From positions 225,434,001 to 225,498,000 of the forward strand of contig NC_058368.1 in assembly GCF_018350175.1 (NCBI RefSeq): a stretch of 64,000 bases of DNA, in the 5' to 3' direction. The first letter of the stretch is position 1. Each line of letters opens with the position of its first letter. The translations under genes were made by a program, and so were the position numbers. The notes beneath the pieces were generated by a model that had not been told where the DNA came from, did no database searches, and worked only from the letters and a program-made list of their open reading frames with translations. The stretch is from Felis catus (lineage: Eukaryota). Shown piece by piece: positions 37,411 to 49,961 of the stretch.

Positions 37411-38259
37411 GAGAAATTAACATGAAAGGACCAAAAAAAAAAAAAAAGTTTCCAACAAACGAAAACTTCTCTACAAAGAACGAATATGTTTAAATGCTTG
37501 GGAACCTTGGATAAAGAATCTAAAAGAAACAAAAAAAAAAAAAAAGGAGGAAACACGAGCACACCCATAAATTGTTTCAACAGCCACCCTGAGAGATTAG
37601 GAGCAGGCAGAAAACAAAAGGTCCCTATGAAGGATTTAAGAGATAAATTGCAGCCCTGATCTACAGCTGTGGCGTTGTTACAAAGGGTTCTTTAAATATT
37701 TCTGATGGGAATGAAAATGAATTATGACTGACTGGAGGGGGGAAGGAGGATGAGAAAGGGCAGGATGTTGGGTAAATGAAAATGGTAAATTTCTTTGTCA
37801 GCCAAGCATACCTGCCCCGCGTCTTCACAGAGGTTGTTTTTTTTTTTTTTCCTTTTAAGATTTAGAGATTAGTGATCCTTTGCATAATCTGCTTCTCACC
37901 TCAGTAGAATCTTGCTCAGAATTGCTTATGTGTTGATCGTCTCCACATTACGTGCATTGTATTTTTAAAGGTATGAAAATGGGATTCTCATTTAATTCAT
38001 TAAAAGGCAATTCCATCTTCTGACGCGTATAAAAGGCTCTCACCGGTCATCATCTATTGATCATTGACAAGCAATCATTGGACAAGCTTTTATTCAGATC
38101 CAAATAGGTGCCAGGCCCCGGACTATGGTCTCGGTTTCCTCAACAAGGCTGAATTACCTTGTAATTGGAGTCCTTTTTATGCAGATGTAAACGGAGTCAA
38201 ATCCAGGCTGGGAATAAAATGCTTGAGACACCAGCCCTCGTGACTTCTTTCAGACACCA

Positions 38260-38450
38260 GCATTGTTAGTCACTTACACTTCTCGAGAACTGTCCAGATC
38301 TGCCCTGTAGCATTTACTGTTCACAGCAACTCCGGGAAGCAATGAGCATCTGTTATTCTATTCTACAAAAGGGGAAACTGAGGCACCAGCGGCTAAATAA
38401 CTTAGGCAAGTTCACAGAGGGGGCTCTCCTATCCTGTGCTGCCACTCACA
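38260..38450 (-). mobile_element. MIR
   Basis: CTACAAAAGGGGAAACTGAGGCAC...AAATAACTT. Confidence 0.7.
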
Positions 38451-38519
38451 TTCTTGAAGAAAACAAGAGGGAAAAGGCTGGATCCACTTTCAAGTAATCC
38501 ATTTCAAATACTTACATAA

Positions 38520-38763
38520 TTTAAAATTGTTTTAATGTTTGTTTTTGAAAGAGAGAAAGAGAGAGAACACGAGTAGGGGAGGAGGAGAGAGAGAGGGAAA
38601 CACAGAATCCGAAGCAGGCTCCAGGCTCTGAGTGGTCAGCACAGAGCCGGTGTGGGGCTCGAACCCACGAATGCCGAGATCATGACCTGGGCTGAAGTTA
38701 ACCGACTGAGCTTAACCGACGCTTAACCGACGCTTAACCGACTGAGCCAGCCACGTGCCCCCC
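38520..38763 (-). mobile_element. Can-SINE with an internal tandem expansion
   Basis: Canonical body; four copies of TTAACCGAC near the head. Confidence 0.92.
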
Positions 38764-39006
38764 GATTTAAAAAAATTGTACCGACCATGCCACTATCTGG
38801 CATTCAGCTTTTGTGGGTTTTGTTGCTTTGTTTTGTTTTGTTTGTTTATTTCTTGAATCTGGCAAAGGAAAAGCAATTTAAAACGCATAAAGTTCTTTAA
38901 AAACAAAACGAGACGAAACACCACTAGCAGGATGTATGTGTACAAAACCCACTAGACCAGAACATGCGCAGGGCCAGCTCCGTGGTCACGCTCCCGAGCG
39001 TTAATC

Positions 39007-39205
39007 CAGGGGTCAGCAAGTGTTTTCCATCAAGAGTTAGTCAGGACCATTTTGGGTTTTCTAGGCTCTAAGATCGCAGCTGCAACTGTTCAACTGTCTT
39101 TGTAGCTCAAAGCGGCCACAGACAATACCTAAATGAATGGGTGTGGTTGTGTTCCATTAACTTTATTTAAGAAACAGCCCCCCAGGCCTGATTTAAGCCA
39201 CCCTC
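39007..39205 (+). mobile_element. MER58A hAT-Charlie MITE
   Basis: CAGGGGGTCAGCAA, AAAGCGGCCACAGACAATA, GTGTTCCA. Confidence 0.8.
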
Positions 39206-39254
39206 TTCCGCCAGAGTTACTCTCCCTACCGGGTCTCCTTTAAAGTCAAAGTTC

Positions 39255-39298
39255 TTTTTTTTTTTTTTTAATTTTCTTTTAATGTTTGTTTATTTTAG

Positions 39299-39357
<59 letters not shown>

Positions 39358-39516
39358 TGGGAGGAGGGGCAGAGCGGGAGGGAGACACAGAATCCAAAGC
39401 AGGCTCCAGGCTCGAAGCTGTCAGCACAGAGCAAACGTGGGGCTTGAACTCACGAACCCCAAGATCGTGACCTGAGCCAGTCGGATGCTTAACTAACTGA
39501 GCCACCCAGGCACCCC
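39255..39516 (-). mobile_element. Can-SINE with a long (GA)n tract
   Basis: TSD TAAA(G/A)TCAAA(G/C)TTCTT. Confidence 0.93.
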
Positions 39517-40430
39517 TAAAATCAAACTTCTTAACCTGGGGTCCTTAGGCTTCAGGCTTTTAAACTCACCATAATTCTTCCAAGATGTTCAAAGAATTCT
39601 TTCAACATGTTCTTTTGTACGGGGATTTTTCTGGGGTGGGATCTATACCTCTCATCAGACCCTCGAAGGTTCTAGGACTCAAGAAAGGTTAAGCCCAAGA
39701 TCCCAAGCTCCAATATCAGCTGCTGTCTGCAGAGCCAGCCCATGGCCTGCAGTGGGGCTCACTCCCCCCTATGTCTTTCGTTACTTTTCCCTGTGATTTA
39801 CGAACACTGGTCTCACTAAACTTCCTTGGGTCTCCAAAACATCTTGCACGATTTTGAGTCTCTGAGCTCTGCAAATGCTTTTCCATCTGTTTGGTGTGGA
39901 CCTTCCATTTAATTCGATTCAATTCATGAATGTCTCCTGATGAAGCCCTTCCTTGCAAGCCAGCCACACAGGTCATCGGGTTGTGAGCCAGTCAGGCAAG
40001 CAAACATGTAACTGCCAACTCAGTGTGGCAGGGAGAGCGGCAGGTGCTGTCAGAATGCTCAGGGTGGGTGCCTAACCCAGACGTGGGGAGATCAGGAGAT
40101 GCTTCAAGAAAAGAAATGCTGGTTAAGCTGGGGCCTAAAGAATGCATAGGAACCTAAAACTGGAACCAGAAGTTGGTTGAATGAGGAGATAGAGGGTGGG
40201 TAGAAGGGAAGATACATGTGAATGTCTGTAGACAAACAGGTGCATTTGTCAGAACGGGGTACAGGATGGGAAGGACAGAGAATAGACTAGAGACGCGGGA
40301 GAGGCTAGACCAAAAGGATCTTGGGTACAGATTGTTTGTGCTGTATTATAAAGACAATGAGATATCCTGTGTGGTCAGCTGGCCAGCAGCTTTGGCAGAA
40401 CTGGGACCCGGTTAGAAATGGGATCATGGT

Positions 40431-40663
40431 GGGGCGCCTGGGTAGCTCAGTTAGTTGAGCATCCGACTTCGGCTCAGGTCATGATCTCGCAGTTCATGAG
40501 TTCGAGCCCTGCATCAGGCTCTGTGCTGACAGCTCGGAGCCTGGAGCCTACTTTGGATTCTGTGCTTCCCTCTCTCTTCTCTGCCCAGCTCATGCTCACT
40601 CGTGCTCTCTTTCTCTCTCAGAAATAAAGAAACATTAAAAAAAAATTTAAAAAAAAAAAAAAA
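40431..40663 (+). mobile_element. Can-SINE
   Basis: TSD AGAAATGGGATCATGG. Confidence 0.95.
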
Positions 40664-40834
40664 AGAAATGGGATCATGGGCCAACCCAGAACTACTACGT
40701 CGAATCAGCATTGTAACATAGCCCCAGGATTCTGAGGAGCTCTTCCTTATCCGGGCTGAAACTTGTTCCCCCACTTCACCTGACAAGCTCCCATCCACCC
40801 AGGCTACCAAAAAAGCCCTTGGGTAACAATCTCC

Positions 40835-41515
40835 CAGATCTAGCTCCACGTAGGAGGGGGTTACATCTTGATAAACCTGTAGTAAGCAGAAAATATCCTA
40901 AGTCTAAACTGCATTTATTTTTTTAAGTTTATTGTTTATTTTGAGAGAAAGAGAGAGAGCAAGCAGGGGAAGAACAGAGAGAGACAGAGACAGAGAATCC
41001 CAAGCAGAGCCCAGTGAGGGGCTCAATCCCACAGACCAGGAGATCATGACCTGAGCCGAAGTCCAGAGTCAGATGCTCAGCCGACTGAACCACCCAGGTG
41101 CCCCCCCCCCAAAATGTATTTAATGCCCCTAACCTACTGAACATCATAAATGTGCTCGTAGGAGAACACTTCCATGAGCCTCCAGTTGGGCAGAATCATC
41201 TGACACAAAAACCTACTTTATAATAAAATGCTGACCATCTCATGTAATGTATTGGTTACCGCACTGAAAGTAACGAACAGAAAGGTACAAAAGTTTGTCA
41301 GTGTATCAGTTGTTGACCCTGGCGACCGCCTGGCTGACTGGGAGCTGTCCCACTGGCCAGCCTCAAGAGACAGGATTGTCCCACATGTTTCCAGCCTGGG
41401 AGAAGATCCAAATTCAAAACGTGAAGGACAGTTTCTACCAATTGCATATTGATTTCACGCCACCGTAAAGTCGAAAAACTGCAAAGTCGAGCCATTGCGC
41501 GTTGGGGAACATCTG
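40835..41515 (+). mobile_element. MER47/Tigger5-family TcMar transposon split by a SINE
   Basis: GGGGTTACATC, CTAACCTACTGAACATCATA, GTAAAGTCGAAAAA, end CATCTG followed by TA. Confidence 0.8.
40918..41104 (-). mobile_element. Can-SINE
   Basis: T tail, body, CACCCAGGTGCCCC. Confidence 0.92.
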
Positions 41516-41613
41516 TATACAGATTCCCGGCCTCTCCCCGGACCTTCTCATTCTGTAGATCTGTGTTGGAATCAAAGCATCTATTTTTTCAGCAAGTTTC
41601 TTTTTCTCTTAAC

Positions 41614-41844
41614 TTTTTTTTTGTTTTAATGTTTATTTATTTTTGAAGGAGAGAGAGAGAGAGAGAGAGAGGGAGAACACAAGCGGGGGAGGGGCAGAGA
41701 GAGAGGGAGACAGAGAATCCAAAGCAGGCTCTGCTCCGTCATCGCAGAGCCTGGAGCAGGGCTCGATCTCACGAACCTTGAGACCATGACCTGAGCCGAA
41801 ATCAGGAGTCTGGCATTTAACCAACTGAGCCACCCAGGCACCCC
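41614..41844 (-). mobile_element. Can-SINE inserted in the tail of a short SINE
   Basis: Full body; AACT(T/G)TTTT flanks. Confidence 0.92.
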
Positions 41845-41849
41845 AACTG

Positions 41850-41949
41850 TTTTTTTTTTAAGTAGGCTCCACGCCCAAAGTGGGACTTGAACTCGAGACC
41901 CTGAGATCAAGCGTCCCATGCTCTCCCGACTGAGCCAATCAGGCATCCC
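41850..41949 (-). mobile_element. Short old Can-SINE without a (CT)n tract
   Basis: AAGTAGGCTCCACGCCC, CCCTGAGATCAAG, GACTGAGCCA; outer TSD CAGCAAGTTT. Confidence 0.85.
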
Positions 41950-44144
41950 TTCCCAGCAAGTTTTTCAGGATGATTCTTACTTTAAGAACGTTTAGGAAAA
42001 CACGTGGTCCCCAACGCAGCAAAATGTGTAACAGCTGGGTTTTCATGGCTCTTCAATCTCACCTGCATCACAGTGTTGATAGGTTGTTCTGCAATTATTT
42101 CCTTACATTATCTGTTTTCCTGGGTAGACTCTGAGCTCTTCCCCGTCTTATTTTCTTTGGTGTTGCCACACCAAAGCGTCTTAAACTCAGTAAACGCCCA
42201 AGTGCCAAGTGCATTCATGAATAACAGCTACCTCCAGATGGCTGCTTCCTGGGAGCCCACTGGGCAGAGCAAAGGTCAAATGCGGCAGCAAAACGCAAGT
42301 AGCTTCACTTCTCCTGAGCAATTTAGCAGGGAGGTCTTGTTCAGAATATTCAAATCAAGGTCGGGCCCTTGTTCCTGTTACCAGTTCAAGCTGGCGCTCA
42401 AAGCGGGACCTCTCACTTCCTCTTTTAACAGTGGAGAAGCCGGGCGGCCCTTCCCTGCCTCCCCCCCCCCTTCCCTCCCTCCAGCCATCACCCCCCAAAA
42501 CGCCTCATTTCCCTGGCCTCTCAAGTCAGCCAGCGACTGCATTTGACCTTCGGTGACAGCAAATTCCTCTCGCTGACCACAAGCTGCCTGATGGAGCTAT
42601 TTCCTTTTATTTGTTCTCTGTGGCCTTCTTCGCCGGTTGTCCTCATTTAAGGACTAACTTTCTACAGGAGAAATTAATTGAATTACTGTTCTGTTGTGGG
42701 TGAAGGCGGAGGGGAGAAGGTCAGGGGATACAAATATTTTAAACGTCCCCTTCAGAATGTCTTATGCCGTTGCAAATTATCTATTTTTTCCAGATATATA
42801 AATACTATGTGTCTATTTTGCTAATGGGGGCGGGGGGGGGGGCAGGAGAAAAGTGTAAGGAATATAAATCCTCCCGGGGAGAATGTCATGGTTATATTAT
42901 TGGTTAATAGGATTTTGTTTTAAATAGTCACATTAGCATTTTCTCATATGTAAATGGTTTTGTCATGTAAGCCCGTGGCAGCTAGAGTCACACAGGCCTG
43001 TTCAGTGCTTTTGACTCCTGAAATATGACTGCCTCCCGGGGCAGAAAAGTGATGCGAGGGGTACGTGGGGCCAAGACTACCTGGGGCTCCAAGGGAAGGG
43101 AGACGCGGAGGCTAAGCTCCCATAAGGAATTCTGGCTTGGCAGTGGAATTCTGTATGAATCTGTCCCTCCGGCTCTATCTGGCTGGAGGAAGAAATGGAA
43201 ACCCCACCAGGACAGTGGGGGTCCAGCTGGAAAAATCCAGCTCCCTTCCCAAATGCGTTTGTCCTTGAAACCTGCTAGTACTTCGTTGGAGGTTTGCCAA
43301 CCGGCTCCCCTCATTAACTAGCCCTAACTCCCCATTGCTTCCGTCTCTGGATGTATTAGGTTAGACAAGTGATGGCTTACTCTGTTTACTTCGACAGGAA
43401 GAAAGCTCACAAGGTGATTTGTCACTTTAATTAGTCCAAGGGAGAGCTGAGTTTGCCTTGGCAAACTGGGATTCCTTCCCTAAGGGTTTCTAGGAAAAGC
43501 CAAAAGAGGGATTTCTTGGGTTTGGGGTTTTCCATGGGCTTCTTTCTTTCTCTTAAATGATTATGAGTTCATTGCTTTCCTCTTTTAAAGGCCTACCCTC
43601 ATTACAAAACATTTGTCGATGAGGAAGAATACAAAGACGAAAATAGAAAATCATAACTGATCCAACACTTGGCTCGGCTCTCCTAAGATGTTCTCACTCA
43701 GGATTCTGCGCCGAGGTTCACTCCACCCAGTGGTGGGTGTGGCCTATGTTCATGGAGGTTGCTGCAAGACTTAGCTCAGCCCCACAGTTCAGTGGTACCC
43801 CCTGGAAAACGAGAAAGCCTGACACATCCTTTGCACTCTGCTCAATTCTGGGGTGGCAGAAGATGAGGCCCTGGCTCCTGCTACTTTTCCCTCCTCTTTT
43901 CCCTGGACCTACCCAGTCAGTTCCCACCTTTCCAAATTGGGGAAGCTGAGGAAAACCACAGCAGAATCTTCTGTTCCTCTTCTTGGCACCCTGAGCCATT
44001 TTGAAGGCAATGGCATGGGGCGGTACGTCTTTGGCTCTTGCCAATAACTTTTTCCCCTGGTTTTGATTATGTTTTATTCATGCCTTGAGGGAGGAGAGAG
44101 ATTCTGTGCTTTGAATTCACTGCTCCATATTTGCCCAGACCGGG

Positions 44145-44385
44145 TTTTTTTTTTTTTTTTTTTTAATTTTTTTTTTCAACGTTTATTTATTTATTTTTGG
44201 GACAGAGAGAGACAGAGCATGAACGGGGGAGGGGCAGAGAGAGAGAGGGAGACACAGAATCGGAAACAGGCTCCAGGCTCCGAGCCATCAGCCCAGAGCC
44301 CGACGCGGGGCTCGAACTCCCGGACCGCGAGATCGTGACCTGGCTGAAGTCGGACGCTTAACCGACTGTGCCACCCGGGCGCCCC
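44145..44385 (-). mobile_element. Young SINEC_Fc
   Basis: Perfect TSD CAGACCGGGTTTTT. Confidence 0.95.
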
Positions 44386-44989
44386 CAGACCGGGTTTTTA
44401 AGCCCCCACCGGACTGGTGGTGATTCTCTGCTTTTGCTTTGATTCCGATCATCAACAGTCATGACCTCCCAATGGGCAGAGGGACAGGCGTGAAGGCATG
44501 GACTGCAAGTTCCAGGAAGGGTCTTCCAGAATAGGGAGAAAGCCTTGGCAGTTACATCCCCCATAGAAAACTGGTAGTCTTAATTCATACAGGATGTAGT
44601 TATATTTGATTGTCGAATGAACTGAATAAGCACTTTCATCCTCCATAGCAATAATTCATAGCTTGTCCTACTGTTGCCATATTAAACTCTAAGAATAAGA
44701 CTTAAAAAGACTCTCTCATGTGAATTGGAGCAAGAATCAGATATAGACGGTTCTATGAAAGGTTAAGTCTTTAAATACAATTTTTTTTAAAAAAATCACC
44801 TAATAATTTTCATCTATCCCAAGTACGGAAGGAGAAATAGAATACAGTTACAATTCTAAGATCTCAGTGAGAATATCCAAAGGCAGCATTACTCGCCCTG
44901 GGTGCTAGGTGGTGTCTGGGATGCCCTCCAAAATAGAACCATTCTAGGGATCTCCCTGAAATCATTTCCGATATTGATTTGATTGAATC

Positions 44990-46140
44990 TACAAATAAAT
45001 GTTTATTTAGCAGCTACTATGTAACAGGTTCTATGTGTGTGCACTGGAAATGCACAGATGAAAAAAGACACAGCCTCTTTCCTTAGAAGATCATAGCCTG
45101 CTGGGGGAGAAAGCAGATACATAGCTAATTTCTATTCGTGGCAATACTGTAATTTAATAGAGGCATGAACAGATGCTGAGAGTTAGAAGGCTACGGAGGT
45201 ATGCCCTCACTTAAAAACTTATTCAAGAGAGATGCGGCGGTCTTAAAGTGCCAGGCAGAGGGGAAGGTGGGAAATTAAGGCAGAGGACCTAGCATGTTTA
45301 AAGGCATGTAGGTGTCAAAATCTGGCTTAATCCAGAACCATGAGATGTTCGGTATAACTGGGTCCCTAAGGTTCGTGGGTGATTGGGGGAATGGGAAGGA
45401 AGACAAAGCTAGAATATGCCTGAAAACCCACTGAAGCATTGTGCTCGTCATCCTAGAGAACCTGAAAGTCATCCTACCAAAAAGGAGAGGGAGCTAATGG
45501 GACTGAATTTTCTTTTAGGACATTAATTCTTGTGTTGTGATAAAACATGGCGGCCGTGGGAAGAGATCAGTAATTAAAAGATTACTGGTGAGGGTCTTGC
45601 AGTTTTCCTGACAACAAAAACACACATTTGAGCTAGGGTAACTACAGTGGGGAATGAAGAGGGACAGAATCAGGAGATGTTGCAATAATAACACTTGGGG
45701 TTGATGAATATCCCGGTGGGAATGGGGTTGAGTAAAGTAAGATTCCATTTTTTTCCCCCTTGAAACACAGGGTAGCCGGTGGCCATAGTAACTAAGGAGA
45801 AACTGAAGAGAGAAGGTGTTTGCAAGGGAGAAAGGGGTTATAGAGAAAAGACAATGAACTCAGTTCTGCAAACTGTTGTTCAGGTTGGGGTACCTGTTGA
45901 ATGATGGAGAGCTGGGAGTTTGGTCTAAGTCTCAGGAGAGATGGCGCCTAAAGATCTGATTTTAGGAATTCCTCACTAGCACATAGGCAATAGTTGAAGG
46001 ACTTTGGGTGACATTACTCATTTGTGTCACAAATATCTTATCTCTTTCCTACATGCCGCGTGATGGGCGAGCCAGAGCAAAAAGGAAGGAGGAAGAGATT
46101 CTAAGGGTAGAATTTCAGAGTGTTAGTATTTAAGGCGTTG
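44990..46140 (-). mobile_element. L2 fragment(s)
   Basis: TTTATTTAGCAGCTACTATGTAACAGG (antisense L2 3' end) followed by purine-rich L2-like body. Confidence 0.65.
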
Positions 46141-46386
46141 GATATTAAACTTCAAGGAGTAAAACAAATCAACTAGGGAGCTGGCTAAGAACTGAGATTC
46201 TCAGGCCCCACCTTGGTGATCTTGGCATTATTAACTACCACCCAGGTGATGATGATGCAGGGGGTGCTCAGAGGAACGAGAACCCAAAGGGTGGCCGGAG
46301 GAGAAGGTGTCGCTAAGAGAATGAGAAGAGATAGAGGGAAGAGGAAAGGCAACTTATGAGGTTCCTTTAAGATCTAACCCTGACCT

Positions 46387-46598
46387 GGGCTGCCTGGGTA
46401 GCTCAGTTGGTTAAGTGTCCGACTCTTGATTTGGGGCTCAGGTCATGACCTTGCGGCTTGGCAGTTCGAGCCCCGCATGGGATTCTGCACTGACAGTGTG
46501 GAGCCTGCTTGGGATTCTGCCCCCCTCTCCCCACCTCTCCCCTACTTGCTCTCAATCTGTCTCTCAAAAATTATTTCAAAATAAACTTAAAAAAAAAA
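46387..46598 (+). mobile_element. Can-SINE (older subfamily)
   Basis: TSD ATCTAACC(C/T)TGA. Confidence 0.9.
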
Positions 46599-47383
46599 TC
46601 TAACCTTGAACCTTAGTACACAGTTGACATTGAGAGTTTAATACATATGAAAATATTCATAGGGTTCACACCAGAATTGCCTTTCCCTTTTGACCCATTT
46701 GAACCTGAGCTTACCTACAGGCAAAGCCTTTTCCACACTTACCTTTCTCTAGGTCTTCTGCCTAGTGGCTCCTTTGAGGTTCTGTGACGGGGCACCTTCC
46801 TGCTTCCTGACATCTGGACTGGCTTCTTCTAATCTGAATTCTATCTATTCCCTTTAACCTACACCTCTACTGACTGCCGGGACCAATAACGCCCCCTCTT
46901 AGCATAGCCCCAGGACCTCCCACACCCGCAAACTCCCTCATGGGTTGCTCATCAAGGTAATTATCATGATCAGATACAGAAGGGGGAAAAATCAGAAGGG
47001 ACTTGAGAAGTTACTGATCCAAATTTCCTGCCCCAATTCAGCACTCTCTCTGACAATATCCTTGACCGGTGGTCACCCAGCATCTTTCAGTCTATATCCC
47101 GGGGCACGGAGACCGCCTGTTCTAATGTTGAACAAGCTTCATCCTTGTCGTGAGCCAAACCCTATGACGATACCGCTCGCTGATCAAGTTCTGGCTTCTG
47201 TGTCCACAAGAGAGCAGGCCTCACCCAAATCCACAAGACAGCCCTTAGATATGAAAGCCTCCATTGTATTTTCTGTTTCAGGTGAAACTTTTCCTGCGGC
47301 TTCAGCAACTCTGTATATGATGTGCCTCTGTATATGTTGAGCCTCTTTATTATTCTAATTGTTTTGTCTGGGAACAAAAGAAC

Positions 47384-47584
47384 TTTTCTGTTTTATTATT
47401 TTTTTTAATGTGTATTTATTTTTGAGAGAGTGGCAGCGCAAGTGGGGGAGGGGCAGCGAGCGAGGGAGACAGAGAATCCGAACAGGCTCAGCGCTGCCAG
47501 CGCAAAGCCCAACGTGGGGCTTGAGCCTGCTCGTGACCTGAGCTGAAGTCGGACACACGACCGACCGAGCCACCTAGGTGCCCC
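47384..47584 (-). mobile_element. Can-SINE
   Basis: TSD CAAAAGAA(C/T)T. Confidence 0.9.
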
Positions 47585-47714
47585 CAAAAGAATTCTTGAT
47601 TTAAACACTGCAGTAGTTTCCTATCGCTGCTGTAACAAATCACCACAACTTCAGTGGCTTAAAACAAGATAAATTCAGTGTCTTACGTTTCTGGACTTTA
47701 GAAGCGTAAAATGT

Positions 47715-47930
47715 GGGGCGCCTGGGAGGCTCAGTCGGTTGGGCGTCCGACTTTGGCCCGGGTCATGGTCTCGCAGTTCATGGGTTCGAGCCCCGCATCG
47801 GGCTCCGTGCAGACGGCTTGGAGCCTGGGGCCTACCTTGAATTCCATGTCTCCCTCTCTCTCTGCCCCTTCCCTACTCACACTCTGTCTCTCTCTGTCTC
47901 TCAAAACTAAATAAACATTGAAAAAAAAAT
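47715..47930 (+). mobile_element. Can-SINE
   Basis: Outer TSD TAGAAG(C/G)GTAAAATG. Confidence 0.93.
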
Positions 47931-47934
47931 TCTA

Positions 47935-48155
47935 GGGGCGCCTGGGTGGCGCAGTCAGTTAAGCGTCCGGCTTCAGCCAGGTCACGATCTCGCGGTCCGT
48001 GAGTTCGAGCCCCGCATCGGGCTCTGGGCTGATGGCTCGGAGCCTGGAGCCTGTTTCCGATTCTGTGTCTCCCTCTCTCTCTGCCCCTCCCCCGTTCATG
48101 CTCTGTCTCTCTCTGTCCCCCCAAAAATAAATAAATGTTGAAAAAAAAAAAAAAG
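47935..48155 (+). mobile_element. Young SINEC_Fc in the tail of the previous SINE
   Basis: TSD AAAATTCTAG. Confidence 0.95.
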
Positions 48156-48559
48156 AAAATTCTAGAAGGGTAAAATGAATCTTGCAGGACTGAAATCAAG
48201 ATGTCTGCTCTGCTTCTGCCTTTCTCCATCTTCAGCTTGTGCTGTCTCCCTCTTATAGAACGACACTTGCGATTACAGGTAAGGCCCACCCAGATAATCC
48301 AAGATAATCTTCCCATCTCAAAATCGTTAATCACAGACGCAAAGTCTCTTTTGCCATAAAAGGCAGCAATCAAAGGTTCTGGCCATCAGGGCTTGGATAT
48401 CTTCGGGGCCATTATTTAGCCCACCAGTGATACCTCAGCCAACGCACTCTTAAGACTGTATTAACTTTTTCATCAGCCGGATTTCGCCATCGGCCAATAC
48501 ATTCACCCTATTTTTCATATCAACGACTGTTGTGCTGGGTCTAAACTGTGGGGGTCATA

Positions 48560-48907
48560 AGGAGTGTTTTCTCCTTTCAGGCATATGGGAGGGCTGGACT
48601 GCCTTCTCCCGAGAAGTAGTCATGTGACTTTCTTGACCAAGGTGATGTGTGATGCATGAGTCTGCTGCACTGGGGGGCTTTAAGGACTAATTAGAGATTT
48701 TTCTCTGTCACCGTGCCTAGCAATGTTCAGATGATAGCTTCTCCAACTGTCTGAATTCCAGAGTGAGGAAAACATAAAGCAAAGCTCCCAGATGACCCAC
48801 TGTGGATGTGTAAGGTGAACGAGAAATAAAACCTTGTCGTTAAGCCCCTAGAATTTTGGGGTGTGATTTATTACTACCGCATAATCTAGCCTATCCTGAC
48901 TGATACA
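48560..48907 (+). mobile_element. MLT1 (I/J-like) LTR
   Basis: GAGAAATAAA, TTAAGCC, end CTAGCCTATCCTGACTGATACA. Confidence 0.75.
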
Positions 48908-49683
48908 AATTCTTTCTATGGATGAGCCTGTTTTTAAAATCAAAACGGAATTTCTTACTCATTCGCACTCGATTTCATCTTTTCTGTAGTGGCCAAGCCT
49001 TCAAGGCTTTCACAATAGCTAAGAATCTTGATCTAATCATGCTTTACAATGGACACTTGATCACTTTAAAATCTGATAAACATTTCTTCTGTGTTTTTAT
49101 CAAAATTACTGATTTGAAAAAAGTTTATGCAGACAAAGTCACCAGTATCAACCTATGGCAATGCTCGCCAGGTCCACATCGATCCCAAAAAACTATAATA
49201 ATATAGCACATGTAGACGTATCACCATTCAGCCTGTATTTCCTCATCTTAGCCATAAACCACAGGCTTTTCAAAGTCATTAATCCAAAATATGTTATGTT
49301 ATTTTCAGAGTAGCTTTCAAAGAAAAAAAAAATTTAATTCGCCAAAGGAGAGCAGGACTATTATTTCTGATTCCGATGTTATTTCTGATATCTGTTGGCT
49401 TCCTTGGATTTCCATAAAATATTTGTTAAAAAAAATCTAAAAGGATGAGGCAGTTTATTTTTTTATTGTGGGATCAGTTAATCGAAATAAAGCCTCCTTA
49501 AATATACATCAGACCATAAGACTGAAGTGTATACTGATTTCTGATAAAAAAAAATGTATATATATATATTTAGTCTTTCATAACAGTATCAAAGAATATA
49601 GAGCCTATCATTGTTCGTATTATACTTCTTTAATTTTATTTGTGGGATATGTTACATTTACTGATCTGGCCTTCCTCTGCCTT

Positions 49684-49687
<4 letters not shown>

Positions 49688-49720
<33 letters not shown>
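49688..49720. repeat. (CT)n microsatellite
   Basis: Seen directly. Confidence 0.92.
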
Positions 49721-49726
<6 letters not shown>

Positions 49727-49961
49727 TATCTGTCATTCGTTTGAGCACAGGGACGCTGAGACAGTATATAATGAGAGCCTGAGTCTGTAAGCTCTTTCAT
49801 CCGTACACTTATTTTCTGAAATGCATTCCTTCACGAAACCGTGGTCAGCTCCACCCTTCCTAAAATAATACCGTGGCACTTCCAGACCTACCTCATCCCT
49901 CCCCCACTACCCTAATTGCACAGAAAAACTCCTGTTGTAGTATCTGAGAATAAGGGGCTGT

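Larger units (their letters stand above)
47609..48428 (-). mobile_element. MLT1 (C/D-like) LTR containing two SINEs
   Basis: GCTGCTGTAACAAATCACCACAA, GGCCCACCCAGATAATCC, GCCATTATTTAGCCCACCA. Confidence 0.8.

Noticed and set aside
42004..42546. 180-aa ORF with a hydrophobic N-terminus
   Set aside because: GTG start, no recognisable domain and no splice context; compatible with chance.
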